Source: Eledone cirrhosa (taxonomy: Eukaryota). From it: a DNA stretch of 64,000 nt. Numbering within the stretch: the first letter of the stretch is position 1; the number at the start of each line of letters is the position of its first letter. The translations under genes and the position numbers were made by a program. Of this stretch, positions 25,634 through 38,640 are shown one piece after another. Location: positions 1-64,000 of the forward strand of contig CAXHJY010000935.1 of assembly GCA_964016885.1 (NCBI GenBank). The letters are read 5' to 3'. The notes under the pieces were generated by a model. The model saw nothing but the letters and a program-made list of their open reading frames with translations. It made no database searches and was not told the origin of the DNA.

Positions 25634-27006
25634 AATAATAATTTAGTGAAAATCCTTAGTATACTGTTGTACAGTACTTCATCTAATAGATCTTTGCTCA
25701 GCAGAGTAGCCTTTTATGAAGTGCAAAAAGGAATCTAGTTTAAAGCTAAAACTAGATATATTAATAATATCAGTTCTCAGTCATAGAAAACTAGAAAAAA
25801 TGTATAATCATTTGATTTAATACCCTATTATTATTCGATGTAAATTAGAATGTCACTAGATATTTTTGTTTACAACTGACAATTCACTTTCCAAAGATTA
25901 TATAAATTTAACAGAAAATACAATTAAAGAAAAATTTGGAGTCGCGTTTATCAAAATATATACAGTGTTAAAAAAATATCAATATGAAGGATTATAAAAT
26001 TATTTGGAATATATTACAGGCCAAGCCTTATAAATAAAGAAATGATAGTTGTGACATTTACCTCACACACAATATGAATATAATGTACCCCCAGCATTTG
26101 CAGTCCCAATTATTCGCAAAATTTTCCTTAGAGCCTAACTAAAAATTGTTTGAGGAAACCACCACATATTTGCAGAATCGTAAATATCTGGTGCAATTTT
26201 TTTATGGCTTTTTTCGTGATGATATATATTTTTTTAACATTAAATTATTAATAACAATATTCCTATTGGATACCACTTCGCATAATATGCTCCCTCTTTT
26301 TTTATTATATTTGACATTATGTTTTGATGTTTATAGGCATTTTAATGGACCACATCCAATATTCACAGTTTTTCACTCTTCGCAGGTGCTCTTGTAACGT
26401 AACCCCAGGGGACAACTGTATATTGTTTTTTATCAAGTTTCCATCTTGCAAAAATGTTCAGATTTGATATTTTTCTCATTATGTTATGGTTGAAAATCAA
26501 ATAGTCATGTAGCACATTCACCCACATGCTAAAAAAGATTCTTCAGTTAACAGGAATAAAAAAAATTAATTATTTTTTTGTATAATAGGTTATAGATTTT
26601 ATTTTAAGCTGAAATTGCATAGATTGCAACTATTAGTTTAATCTCTTACTGAATTTTAAGTGATCGGTGCATTAAATGATGTTTATTCATATTTATATAC
26701 AGATTAGATGATAGAAACTGATGAATAAGCACATTACCAATACAAAACCTTTTAACATAATCTGAAACAATTGGTGGTGGATTGGCAGTATCAGTAGAGG
26801 GTTGGACACCATGCTTTGCAGCTTAGAGTTATGGCCTTTTACGTTCTGAGTTCAAATTCTGCCAAGGTTAACTTTGCCTTTCATCCTTATGGGGTCGGTA
26901 AAATAAAGCACCAGTAATACACCCTACTGATACTGCCAATCCACTGCCCTAATGTATATTATTAATTATAACATATACGTATATATATTTTTTTCCATTT
27001 TTCCAG

Positions 27007-27137
27007 ATGACATGTTTCCAAATTTAACTGCCTATTTTAAAAGGATAAAATCTATGTATTGGTCTGACTGGTTTGATCTAAGTGTGAAATTTCCTACTTT
27101 TGGACTTCAGCCTCGAAACACTAATTTTGTTTCTTAA
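27007..27137 (+). CDS. FAXC: FAXC-like copy 1, terminal coding exon
   Basis: TTCCAG|AT. DMFPNLTAYFKRIKSMYWSDWFDLSVKFPTFGLQPRNTNFVS*; AATAAA at 27286. The spliced CDS from the ATA is 843 nt and open. Confidence 0.92.
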
Positions 27138-27329
27138 ATAATATTTAGAAAGAAACCAGATTAATACAGTTTGGACCTGTTAAAACCAACACACCATGAT
27201 CGGGCAATGCTTTGAATCTACCTTTAGAATTATCTATGTACTTCCTACTATTATATTTGATTTTAGACTTTATATTGAAGGAAATAATAAAAAGCTTGTT
27301 TTTTTTAAAACTTTTTAAAAACTTTGTTA

Positions 27330-28910
27330 GATACGAAGGGATGAAAGTTATTCGATGACTCTGAATGGTGGAAGCACGGTGTGGCAACAAAGCCACAATC
27401 AGGTCTTTGGCAGACCACAATGGGTGCATGTTAATAGATCCCAAGCAAATGTGTGCAACATTTCAGCAGCAATTTGTCCAGTGCAGAGTTTACAATTTTG
27501 GCCAAGGTGTTACAGATAAGTGGGCACTTTTCGTCAGTGATCTGGTGAGGTAAGCGCAAACATTCACCATCCCAAACAGATCCATCCACGACAAACTCCA
27601 CCTCATGCGGTACATCATAGAGGATGGCTAAGAAACTTGGAACAGGTGCAGTCCTGATCAACTTAGATCAATCAAAATCTTTCGATAGGGTCGACCATCG
27701 TTACATGGCAGCAGTGCTCAAGGCAGCTGGCTTCGTGCTCATTTTCAGAGACTGGATCACTGACATGCACAGCAACTTCTGCTCTGTGGTGAAAGGAAAT
27801 GATTATCTTTCGGAACCATTCTATATCATGTGCTTGGTCCACCAAGGTTATCCCCTCTCATCTCTATTGTATGTATTGACTGTTGAACCATTACTACTCA
27901 AATTGGAAACATTGAGGGGCATCCAGCGCGAACTATGATGTGGGAGATCTGTGTCATCATATGCCGACAAGGTCACTGTAGTAGTGTTGAACACCAAACA
28001 CATTGAGATGATCCGTACGATTCTCAGAGGTACAAAGTGATAACAGGAGCAAAAAACAACCAGGAAAAAGGACATGTTCCACAGGTCAGGCACTCTATTT
28101 ACTGCCAGCATTCCCTGTGCAGAGGCTTGGACATTCAGTGGCTGTTGATGCAAACAGGTGTGGTCGCTGTTTGCTAAACATGTTTTCCTCAGGTTAACGG
28201 AGCTGCAGTCCCAGGTCAAGTGAAGACCGAGAAGGAGTGCTGGGAGACTGCAACATCTTCAAACGCTCACAGCCCTCCCTCAATCGGGCAGTATGATCAG
28301 TGGAGACTCCACCTTAACATTCTATAGAGGATTAGTAAAGGGTAAAAGCAACAACATTCTTGGGAAGTCTCTGGGCGTCAATGATAATCAACTATCCAAT
28401 CTTTTCCGGAGAATTTCCGGTCCAGGGCCCAAGGATAACTTTCAGAAATCCCTGGTAGTGTTACCAGGGGACGTTGCTAGTTTGAGATAAACTGTCAGTT
28501 GGGCCTGTCGGAGATGTGCGCTGGGTGACAAAACTATTCTGCACGCACTCACTGAGTGTCCTAAGGGTTTAAGTCGCGCACCTGCTGTCAGGTGTGAGAC
28601 AGATCCGGCTATCAGCTGAGTCCATTACGAAGATCGCCCTACCGCCTTCCTTTAGCCAGTGAAGATAGGCAGCTTTTATCTGCCAGATGGCCATGGCAAA
28701 TGAGGTCATGAGGTGGACATGTCTAAAAGGGTTGAAGACAAACTCTTTTTTCTTTGGTGAAGCCCTGATTAACTTTTACAGGTTTCACTTGAAGAGGAAA
28801 ATTAGAGTGCAGTGGGAAGTGCTGCCTTCCAAGCTGTTTGTTGAAAGGCGGGTGAGAGAATCAAGCTTTGTTCAAGTAAATGAACCTGCTCTGACTATGC
28901 GCCTGTAGAT
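27330..28910 (+). mobile_element. Degenerate L1/Tx1-clade LINE fragment (RT and C-terminus)
   Basis: INLDQSKSFDRVDH, QGYPLSSLLYVLTVEPLL, YADKV. Same family as 40190-42270. Many stops and deletions. Confidence 0.82.
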
Positions 28911-29089
28911 TGGAGGAGAGCAACTGGGAAGGGTCACTTGCCCTAGCTGTCAGGGTGTTTGTGACTTTGTGTGGGCTTTCTCCATGTGTGACCCTCAGAA
29001 GTTCTCCTATTGGGGAATTTTATTTTGTTTCTGCTGCAAAGAAGAACCACCCATCCACTGAATGGAACCGTAAAATTGCAAAACTCAGT

Positions 29090-29324
29090 GACAGCAGCAG
29101 CAATAACAGCAACAGTAGTAGCAGCAACAGCAACAACAACAACGACAACAATGACAACACAGCACTAGAAAACTATGAAATGGATTTCTCGCTGCTAGAA
29201 ATTTCAACACCGCCATCACAAGAATAACAAAAGCAACAAAAATACTAGAAAGTCCACTGCCTACTCCACCACCATCACCACCAACACTACCACCACCAAC
29301 ACCACTACCAACATCAGCACCAAC

Positions 29325-29355
<31 letters not shown>

Positions 29356-29390
29356 CTATCACCACCACCACCAACAACCTCAGCACCACC

Positions 29391-29444
<54 letters not shown>

Positions 29445-29446
29445 CC

Positions 29447-29478
<32 letters not shown>

Positions 29479-29638
29479 CACCAACAACAGCACCAACAAC
29501 AACAACACCACCACCAACACCACTACCAACATTAGCACCAACACCACAACCACCAACATTAGCACCACCACCACCAACAACAACAACACTATCACCACCA
29601 CCACCAACAACCTCACCACCACCACCACCACAACAACA

Positions 29639-29675
<37 letters not shown>

Positions 29676-29712
29676 CAGGAGCAGCAGCAGCAGCACCACC
29701 ACCACCATCACC
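29090..29712. repeat. Compound trinucleotide microsatellite (CAA/CAC/CAG)n
   Basis: Visible directly. Confidence 0.9.
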
Positions 29713-30014
29713 AAGATATTTGAAATCCTCAACTTGCTTGATATCACTGCCGTTGATTGTTTTGATGCTGTTGCCTGTACAGTTTAATACGTACTCTGTT
29801 TTACCCTTGTTGAGATGAAGGCCAATCAGAACGGCTACTTCCTGGAGAGATGTCAAAAGTTGTGCATTTTCTAGGCAATCTGCAAGAAGTGCAATGTAAC
29901 ACGCTAAGTCAAGGTCAGTGAGATGTTTAGAGGGGTGCCTAGAGCTCATGCGGGGTTTGATGGTTATACCTTTGTTATTGATTTTGTCAACTGAGAGCAT
30001 AGTCTCGGGGCGTA
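29712..30014 (-). mobile_element. RTE-clade RT fragment, 3' part of a LINE split by the hAT element
   Basis: LTDLDLACYIALL...IGLHLNKGKTEY...IKQVEDFKYLG. Continues from 35544-35740 (FLFIIALD|YA). Confidence 0.8.
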
Positions 30015-30695
30015 GTCTAGTGCAAAGGTTCTCAACCCATTTCGGCCCCTCGAAATCACGAAATGCCCCGCTACCCTATTTTTCCATTTTTTAATATACT
30101 ACTGACTATGTTATCAGTAGATTACTGGGCCAAATCAAGTTATGTTAGAATCTTTAAAAAAATCTTTAAAAAATACTCGTACAAATTAAATTCAAAAAAG
30201 TTTCAGTCTAAAACAAAAGCAAGTTATTTCAAATTATATATTTTTGAAAAATAGACGTGAATGTTCTCAAAGATTTGATCTCAGTCGAAAAAGCTTTTTC
30301 TTTTTAAATTCTATATTTCACTGTTAGCTGTTGTAATATTTTGAGTGGATAGACAATTCTACAATTCAAACTGTAAAGTCAAAATACAAAAGATGCAAAA
30401 TATGAAGAATTTCTTACCTTTCTCTGAAATCAAAAACTCAAGGGAAAAATAGTACCTTGCGAAATAAAGTGCCTCGATCACAAACTTAGTTGCAACGAAT
30501 GAATTGAGATGCTTAGTGACAATGAGCAAACAATATCTGTATCCCTTACATAGATAGATACACGCACACACACAAACATACACACACACACACAAACTTG
30601 TGTGTGCGTTGTTTTTGGTACAGAAATAATTTTGTCTCCAGTTTTTATTGCCGGGTCAAAGGCCACTGCTCTTTTCAACACCGTCAAATAACAAC

Positions 30696-30740
<45 letters not shown>

Positions 30741-30855
30741 TAGCGAGAATCGTATTTCGGCTTTGGAATTAGCGAAAACATGGACCCGTGAACTACTTTT
30801 CTATTGCCCGTGGTAGAACCAATATTTTAGATTCCATTATAACTGGTGAAAATAA

Positions 30856-31075
30856 GGTGGTGAGCTGGTGGAATCGTTACCACATCTGGCGAAATGCTTA
30901 GCGGTACTTCTTTTGTTTTTACGTTCTGAGTTCAAATTCCGCCGATCTCAACTTTGCCTTTCATCCTTTTGGGGTCGATAAATTAAGTACCAGTTGTGAA
31001 CTGGGATCGATGTAATCGACGGGACCCTAAACCCCAAATTTCATGCCTTGTGCCTATAGTAGAAATGATTATAAC
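30856..31075 (+). mobile_element. tRNA-derived SINE
   Basis: GAGTTCAAATTCCGCC..ACTTTGCCTTTCATCC..GTCGATAAATTAAGTACCAG core. Confidence 0.8.
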
Positions 31076-31457
31076 TGATGAAAATGATCACCCACCACCA
31101 CGTTTGGCCCACTGTGCCTCTCCTCCAGGACGTAATGGCCCTTTTATGTCCTTCAGTTTGAGACCCCTCTTCTACACACACACACACACATATACATATA
31201 TATACTTTACTTTTTTTCTGTCTCTGGACTACGCCCATGCTGGATCATCACCTTGGTAAGGATGTCAACAAACCAACAAGCATTAGTAGGAGGGCAAACA
31301 CAAACGCAAAGACACACACAGACATATATACATATATACGACGCGCTTCTTTTAGTTACAGTCTATCAAATCCACTAACAGGGCTTTGGTCGGCCCGGGA
31401 AGTGGGACTCAACCCGGAAATATGTGGTTGGAAAGAAGGCTTCTTGTCACACTGATC

Positions 31458-31490
<33 letters not shown>

Positions 31491-31509
31491 CGCAACACAC
31501 ACACAGAAA

Positions 31510-32290
31510 TAAATATCTAAAAATAAAAAAGGTGGGTACGTAAAGGGTAAGGTAGAAAGTAGGGGGAATAAGGAAAATAAATACATAGGAAAAGGTTTAA
31601 ATATAAGGGGAGATAAGGGAGAAAAAGAATATAAGAGTACAGAAAGTGAGTTCAGAGGTAAAAAAATCGTAGGGGATGTAAGCAGAGAAGAAGTTCAAGG
31701 TCGTTGAGTCATCGTAGGAATGTCAATCCAGTTACAGATCAGATGTGATTTCAGGTGAGGACAATATCTGAAGATCTCGGTCTTGGAGTTTAGGCAAGTT
31801 GAAGTGGCTTTTAAGATTTGTAAAATCCTAAATTTTTCAGTGGTACACAAAGAACAATTCTTTGTGCCCCTTTGGTACTCACTCGAATGGTCTAAAATAG
31901 ACCAATCGATAGAGTACGGGATGTTTTTATCCTTGAATTCCCACACCTTATTTGCGAAAGCCGTTGCTGTTCTTTTATCGGAGTGTTTAAAAGAAGCGAC
32001 ATGTGCATAAAACCTGGTTTTAAACCTGTCCTAAGTCATGCCAACATATCGTTCACTCCTGGCTGGCTGGTTGTTAATTAAAGGTGTCATTTTGGCCTCA
32101 AATACAACGGATTTGGTGTTACATTTGCCCTGTAATGGGCATTCATCCGGCTTCCTGCAACTGCATCCTGGATTTATTCTCGTACGATTAGAATTAGTGA
32201 TTTTAGACTTCATTGATGGGCAGCAAGAGTAACTTGTTTGCTTTAAATGTGTTTGCTTTCAATGAAATAATTTCCGTATGTTGTTTATTA
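31510..32290 (-). mobile_element. Penelope-like element 3' fragment (GIY-YIG endonuclease pseudogene)
   Basis: CSCRKPDECPLQGKCNTKSVVFEA...YVGMT*..FKTRF..H..SF...WEFKDKNIPYSIDWSIL...CSLCTTEK...LNSKTEIFRYCPH, the typical PLE Cys-rich linker and GIY-YIG C-terminus. Flanked by (TA)n. Confidence 0.85.
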
Positions 32291-32292
32291 CA

Positions 32293-32347
<55 letters not shown>

Positions 32348-32715
32348 AAATGTGTGTAATCCTTGGTACAGTTAGGTATATTAAGACAGGGGGGAAGAAA
32401 AAATGGCTTCACTTGTGCTTTCAACAAATTTATTTTCTTCACAAAATCCCAAAAGAATTTTTTTCCGGATTAGAAAAAAATTTTTTTCTTAAAAAAAATT
32501 ATTTTATAAATTAAGTTGTTGGTTGTTGGTTAGGTCTTAGGAGTTCTTGGTTAACGTAGGAGGTATTGTTTCGTTTTTAGAACGACCTTTCACGCTGAGG
32601 TGCGCTTGTCAAACTGATGTGTATGTGGTGTGTTGTTCTATATATAGGGATTTAACATGTCTGTGGTGTGGTGGGGGTTTCTGACACATTCTTACTGACC
32701 ATCGAATTACTCTGC

Positions 32716-32778
<63 letters not shown>

Positions 32779-32849
32779 ATCTTAATAGCCATTTGACACA
32801 CATCGCTGCTGGACATTGTCGCAGCATCGAACACCTTACTACTACTACT

Positions 32850-32881
<32 letters not shown>

Positions 32882-33571
32882 ACACACACACATATTTGTT
32901 GTGAAAGAGTCATTTCTCAATCTTGGCGCAAAATCAACTTTTTACATTCACATGACCTCTACCGACCAATCAAAATTGTTTTGACCACAAGCATTTTTGC
33001 AACACAAAAATAACGCTGGGGCCACTTTTTTAACATAAAAACAGGTAGAATTCCCAAAACTAATCAGATCAGAGCAAACAGCACGGACACTCTATCTCAA
33101 AATTATTTTTGAAAAGCATTTAGAAATGCGCAACCGGTAAAAACTTAAAAACTTAAAACCACAACTGAATACTAACCCATACAATCACTAATACTCTTTT
33201 ATTCCTAATTAAACCATCATTTTTCAACTGTGAACAATTTGTCAGCATTTTCTATTCCGTTTACCAATATATAATAACTTGTGTGTTACACCTCTATTCT
33301 TTTAACTATATATATATATTAATATATATGTATATGTGTGTGTGTGTGTGTCAAGTTACTTTATAACTTTGTTTTTATTTTGTTGTTTTTATTTTTATTG
33401 TTAATTTAATACCTAATATCTGACTCTGTATCTAAAGAATTAATTCAGCGAAACACAGAACTTCTCTATGGATTTTACAAGATTACATTGAGTTCTATCT
33501 ACGTACGGACCCTACCACCAGAGGTAGACCAGTCTGAAAAAAGAAAATATATATATGTGTATCGGTGTGTG

Positions 33572-33620
<49 letters not shown>

Positions 33621-33621
<1 letters not shown>

Positions 33622-33706
33622 GTGGAAAAGTAAGAAATCGGAGAACAGACCGTTAATACATGTTTATGTATTAACGGTCTGTTCTCCTATTTCTTACTTT
33701 TCCGCG
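33621..33706. repeat. Inverted repeat (about 40-bp arms) in a (TA)n-flanked cassette
   Basis: CGTGGAAAAGTAAGAAATCGGAGAACAGACCGTTAATACA and TGTATTAACGGTCTGTTCTCCTATTTCTTACTTTTCCGCG. Confidence 0.85.
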
Positions 33707-33808
33707 TGCTTACGCTCTTCTAACCCTCTAGCACACTAGATATTAACACCTCTAATATCTAACACTGCCGGCACTAGTATTGAGCACCTTTTTTCTCTCT
33801 CTCGATAC

Positions 33809-33885
<77 letters not shown>

Positions 33886-33915
33886 AGATCAAAAGATGGT
33901 TAAAGGAGTTCCATG

Positions 33916-33986
33916 TATTTTATTATGCGCATTTCAAAAACAAACATCATCATGCAATAATATTTGTGTTTTCATCAGATAAAATA
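33916..33986 (-). ncRNA. Type I hammerhead ribozyme, inverted identical copy
   Basis: Reverse complement of 34619-34689. Confidence 0.78.
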
Positions 33987-34618
33987 GGAGAACATGATAT
34001 GAAGGCTAAAAAACACTTGTGGATAGTGCAGTTTTAAATCAACATATGAAAAGTGGTTTTAGATTGATGTGTGATATTGGGAAAAATATTTTATTTAGAG
34101 AGGGGGGTGGGTGGAAAGAATGAAAAAGGGGAGGAGATGAGAGGGAGAGATGGGTGATAGAGAGAAAGAGATAGTTTTTTATAACTGAGAGGAGATATAT
34201 TGTTTTACATAGAGAGGTTGAAAACCGTTGGAAGATAATGTATAAATAAAAAAAAAATTTGAAAATTAACGAAGGGAGGATATGTGCGAGGAAAAAATAT
34301 TTTATAAAGGATGAAAAAAGGGGGAGGAGATGAGAGTGAAGGTGGAGAGGGAGAGATGGGTGATAGAGAGAAAGAGATAGTTTTTATAACTGAAAAAAAG
34401 ATAAAACAATATATCTCCTCTCAGTTATAAAAACTATCTCTTTCTCTCTATCACCCATCTCTCCCTCTCATCTCCTCCCCTTTTTCATCCTTTCCACCCC
34501 CCCTCTCTAAATAAAATATTTTTCCCAATATCACACATCAATCTAAAACCACTTTTCATATGTTGATTTAAAACTGCACTATCCACAAGTGTTTTTTAGC
34601 CTTCATATCATGTTCTCC

Positions 34619-34689
34619 TATTTTATCTGATGAAAACACAAATATTATTGCATGATGATGTTTGTTTTTGAAATGCGCATAATAAAATA
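34619..34689 (+). ncRNA. Type I hammerhead ribozyme (PLE-associated)
   Basis: Stem I TATTTTAT/ATAAAATA, CUGAUGA 34627-34633, 16-bp stem II (one C.U mismatch, three G.U pairs, GCAU loop), GAAA 34670-34673, palindromic stem III AUGCGCAU, AUA cleavage triplet ending at 34681. Confidence 0.8.
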
Positions 34690-34810
34690 CATGGAACTCC
34701 TTTAACCATCTTTTGATCTTATATTATGTATACTCCAGTCCTACAAACTGTAGAGTGCTTCTTATCCGATATCTGCATTGCTTTATTGTACTACAATAAA
34801 ACTCACCTCC

Positions 34811-34865
<55 letters not shown>

Positions 34866-35543
34866 CTACATACATATATACATACATAGATTTACGTATG
34901 TATATAGCTATGCATTTATACATTTGTATATATACATGCATTTATATTTAAGTGTGTAAGGATGTTGACTTGATTTTTTTTTTTTTTTTGGTAAGGAGAG
35001 AATTTTGACTCCAGATTTTATTACCTAGGGAGATTAAATACCACAGCATACAACCTCTTCAAACACCAACGCTGGCCTGTGTGTGTATGTATGTATGTAT
35101 GTGTGTATGTATGGCATGTGTGTGTATGATTGTATGTATGTATATGTATACACCCACACCTTTCATCACCATTGCTTCTTTTTGTTGTCATTTCTGTTGA
35201 AGTTGTTCTTGTAACTGTTGTCATAATTGACGTTGTTCTTATTTTCATTTTCTATGATTTCTTTCATTTTTCTTTTATCTCCCTAGGGAATTCGTTGACA
35301 AGCTTCTTTCATTTATTTTCTTCGTTTTCTTCATTCAAATGCATTGCCACTAGCTGTCTCAGAGACGTACAAATATGGCTTAGTAAAGAGCATCAACTCC
35401 TCCACTAGCGCCCCCAAAGCTTCAAACGCCCCCTAGCGCTCCACAAAGCTTCAAACGCCCCCCTAACTCACCCTTGCTCCAAAACGCCCCCCTGGTAGAG
35501 CATATGCCCCCCCCCCCCCCCGTTGAGAACCTTTGGTCTAGTG

Positions 35544-35740
35544 CAATGATAAAGAGGAATGGGAAATGCTGAGATGTCACAGAACTCTGTTGGGCCATCA
35601 GGGGTGATGATAGTGGCATTTGTGTTGAGATACAGAGCCTTAATTGCTTCCACAGGTCGTGCTGGAATGAGTAGTGGAAGAGATGAAATCTCCAACAGAC
35701 AAATGGCTCTAGTTTTTGTTGACTTTAGAAAAGCATATTA
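35544..35740 (-). mobile_element. RTE-clade RT fragment, 5' part of the split LINE
   Basis: VEAIKALYLNTNATIITPDGPTEFCDI...FLFIIALD up to the hAT TSD. Confidence 0.75.
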
Positions 35741-35941
35741 TGCACATAAAAAAAAATTCATTTTCTTGATCCCCTAGGGCCCGCATTAGGTGAAAACCTG
35801 TATTTTTCCTCCTTCATCGAGGAAAATCTTAAAGATTATCCGGCCATCAGAGTATTCGATTTATTTTCTTTACATATTGTCCAGGCATTCAGTTTTTCCA
35901 CGATTAGGTCTGTTGGCGGTCCGCCTTCCATAATACCTTAT

Positions 35942-35969
35942 CCCGTGCAACGCCGGGTACCACTGCTAG
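35942..35969 (+). mobile_element. Helitron 3' terminus
   Basis: GC hairpin CCCG-TGCAACGC-CGGG, 8 nt, then CTAG followed by T. The 5' end was not located. Confidence 0.6.
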
Positions 35970-36560
35970 TATATAATATACTTGTATATCATCTCTAACC
36001 CCCCCCCCCCCCCCACCCCCACCCAACCACCACCACCACCACCTCTTTGGGCCACGATCCCCTCCCCCCCCCTCCGACCTTCTCAACGACCCCTGGGAGC
36101 GGTAGCACCTACTTTGAGAACATCTGCTCTAACGACTCTAACGCCGACCAGTAAGAATAATAACAATAGAATCCGATGTGAATAGACAGCTTGTGGGAGT
36201 ATTTGATATGCTGTCGGTGTCTATAGTATGCAATACCTGTAAAACAAGTACATGTATATGTAAATAAATAAATAAATAAATAAATAGATAAATAAATAAA
36301 TAAATAAACAAATAAATACGCGCGCTCACGCGTACATATACATGCTTTGAAAGTTGTTGCAAAAAGAAAATACTTTTGTGATAAAATGTAAGTAGATGCG
36401 TACGTACATACATTACATACATATATGCATACGTACATACATACATGCATATACATGCATACATACATATATATATACATACATGCATATAAACACATAC
36501 ATACATGCATATACATGATGGCTGCGCCCTCGTTATCGAGTATGGCCATTGCAGGAGGAG

Positions 36561-36596
<36 letters not shown>

Positions 36597-36849
36597 TAAA
36601 TAAATAAAAAATAAAATAAAATTAAAAAAAAGAAATATATATATATATACACACACATACATATAGATATATACACACACATATATATATATATATATAC
36701 ATACACACATATACATTAATAACAATAATAATGATAATAATAACAACAATAATAATAACGACAACAACAACAATAATAATATACATATACATATATATAT
36801 ACACACACACACGCACACACATAAACATATCTATACACACACACACACG

Positions 36850-37290
36850 ATAGCAACTAACAGCGCTGCGATCGAATGTGGCTTTTTAGCCCAAGCCAAT
36901 GATCTAAAATGTCTTGCACAGAGTCGGCAACCAAAACATTCACTGGGAATAGCCGGCTGTGGTTGGAGTTCATGTACTTTTGCATGTCGATTGAGCCCTC
37001 CTGCTGATTTACATTCTCTACCACATGTTTGGCAAGCATGATGAGTAGCATCTCCAACAGCAGCCTGGTAGTCAACGACTGGTCTTACTTTATGACTGAG
37101 AAGATGACTTTCGAGTCCAGCTTTGCTTAAGCAGAGTCTCACACAGACGCTGCATGTCAGCACCATAGGAGGACCCTCGCCGTCTGGAAGTGCAACAGCA
37201 ATGCCCTTCCTCACATCCCGCTTTACTTTCTCGTATGCGATTCGAGATGCCTCAAAGGCAACTTTTCCCTCATATACAGTCTTTCTCCAT
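36850..37290 (-). mobile_element. RTE-like LINE 3' fragment encoding tandem C2H2 zinc fingers
   Basis: WRKTVYEGKVAFE...CSVCVRLCLSKAGLESH...CQTCGRECKSAGGLNRH...CRLCARHFRSLA. Confidence 0.7.
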
Positions 37291-37392
37291 TTATTACATG
37301 CATATACATTTATTACATGCATATACATACATACATACATACATACATACATACATACATACATACATACATACATACATACATACATACAT

Positions 37393-38000
37393 ACATGGTG
37401 GCAGCCAACTCGTTTTCGAGTACGGCCACTACTTTATATCCATGTAGGAGAACCCCTCACCGATGCGCTGAACGAGTGTGACTTTTTAGTCTAGCCAGCG
37501 ACTTGAAAACTCTGGTACAAACACTACACCTGTGACAATCATTGACACATAGTGCTGGGCCCATGGTACCATGTGATGACAAGTGCAGAGAGATCTCCAG
37601 ATATAAAGCAATGCCTGTGCCGTGAGCTTTTATAGTGAGAAAAGGCACTGCACAAAGCCAGTCCCACTCTCTTAACCAAGATGATATTTAACAAAAAGAA
37701 GAACAAGTCAACATCATTGGATACCATCAGGGTTGCAGGTGTTATATCAGAGGTTTCCTTCTCCTAGAATTCTGCCTTGACAAAGGCTAAGGGGTCATCT
37801 CTCCCGGTGATTTTGGATGGCCATTGACTATTAAGAGCTCCTTTGCCCTTTGACAGGTTTTATTTTTAGTCCTGCAGGATGTCCAAAGTCACCCTCCTCA
37901 CCAAGAAACCTTGGTGGGGTTGCCAATTTAGTCGCCAACGATCCGATCATGAGACAGGTTGTACTGGGATACATGTTACCAGTAGCACCAACTGGTGACC
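37393..38000 (-). mobile_element. Short RTE-derived non-autonomous element (5' region joined to a 3' zinc-finger end) with (ATGT)n tail
   Basis: CSVCTRVFKSLARLKSH..H* at the 3' end, CTAGGAGAAGGAAAC motif upstream; homologous to 38112-38640. Confidence 0.6.
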
Positions 38001-38111
38001 TGACATACATACATACATACATACATACATGATGATACATGATGATACATACATACATACATACATACATACATACATACATACATACATACATACATAC
38101 ATACATACATA

Positions 38112-38640
38112 CATGATGATGGCTGCCCCCTCGTTATCGAGTATGGCCATTGCATGATATACCATTATTAATAATTATTAATTAATTCTATCGTGCAATG
38201 CCTGTGCGTGAAGATATTTTTTAAAGTGAGGAAAGACTGTGCACTGAGCCAATCCCACTCTCTAAGCGACAGGAGCTATAACCCGAAAAGAAGAAAAGAT
38301 CAACATCATCGGTAACTACTGAGCCGCAGGTTTTATATCGGAGTTATCTCAGTTTCCTGAGTTGCCTTCTCCTAGAAGAATGCCCTGACAAAGGCTAGTA
38401 GGGGTCCTTCACTCCCAGTGGTTTAACTGCGCAGTACATGTGTATATACATATTTACACACTTTTGGATGGCCGTTGACTCTTATGAGTTCTTCCGCCCT
38501 TTGCCGAGTCACTCTTGAGTGCTACTGGTAACATGTAACCCAGTACAACCTGTCGTATGGTCGAGTCGTCGGCGATTAAACCGGCAACCCCACCAAGTTT
38601 ACTTGGTGAGGAGGGGGATTTTGGACACCCTGCAGGACAA
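38112..38640 (-). mobile_element. Second RTE-derived non-autonomous element with one block inverted
   Basis: 3' end GCAATGGCCATACTCGATAACGAGGG..CAGCCATCAT (also at 36513-36552). Block 38519-38638 is the reverse complement of about 37870-37990. Confidence 0.6.

Larger units (their letters stand above)
33879..34726. repeat. Long inverted repeat (about 330-bp arms) between (TA)n arrays, Penelope pLTR-like
   Basis: Arm at about 33879-34207 is the reverse complement of about 34403-34726. Each arm carries a hammerhead motif. Confidence 0.85.
30023..35535. mobile_element. Non-autonomous hAT-type element (5.5 kb) carrying nested repeats
   Basis: Perfect 14-bp TIRs CAAAGGTTCTCAAC / GTTGAGAACCTTTG and 8-bp TSD GTCTAGTG (30015-30022 and 35536-35543); subterminal GCCCC repeats; no transposase ORF seen. 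Confidence 0.88.
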
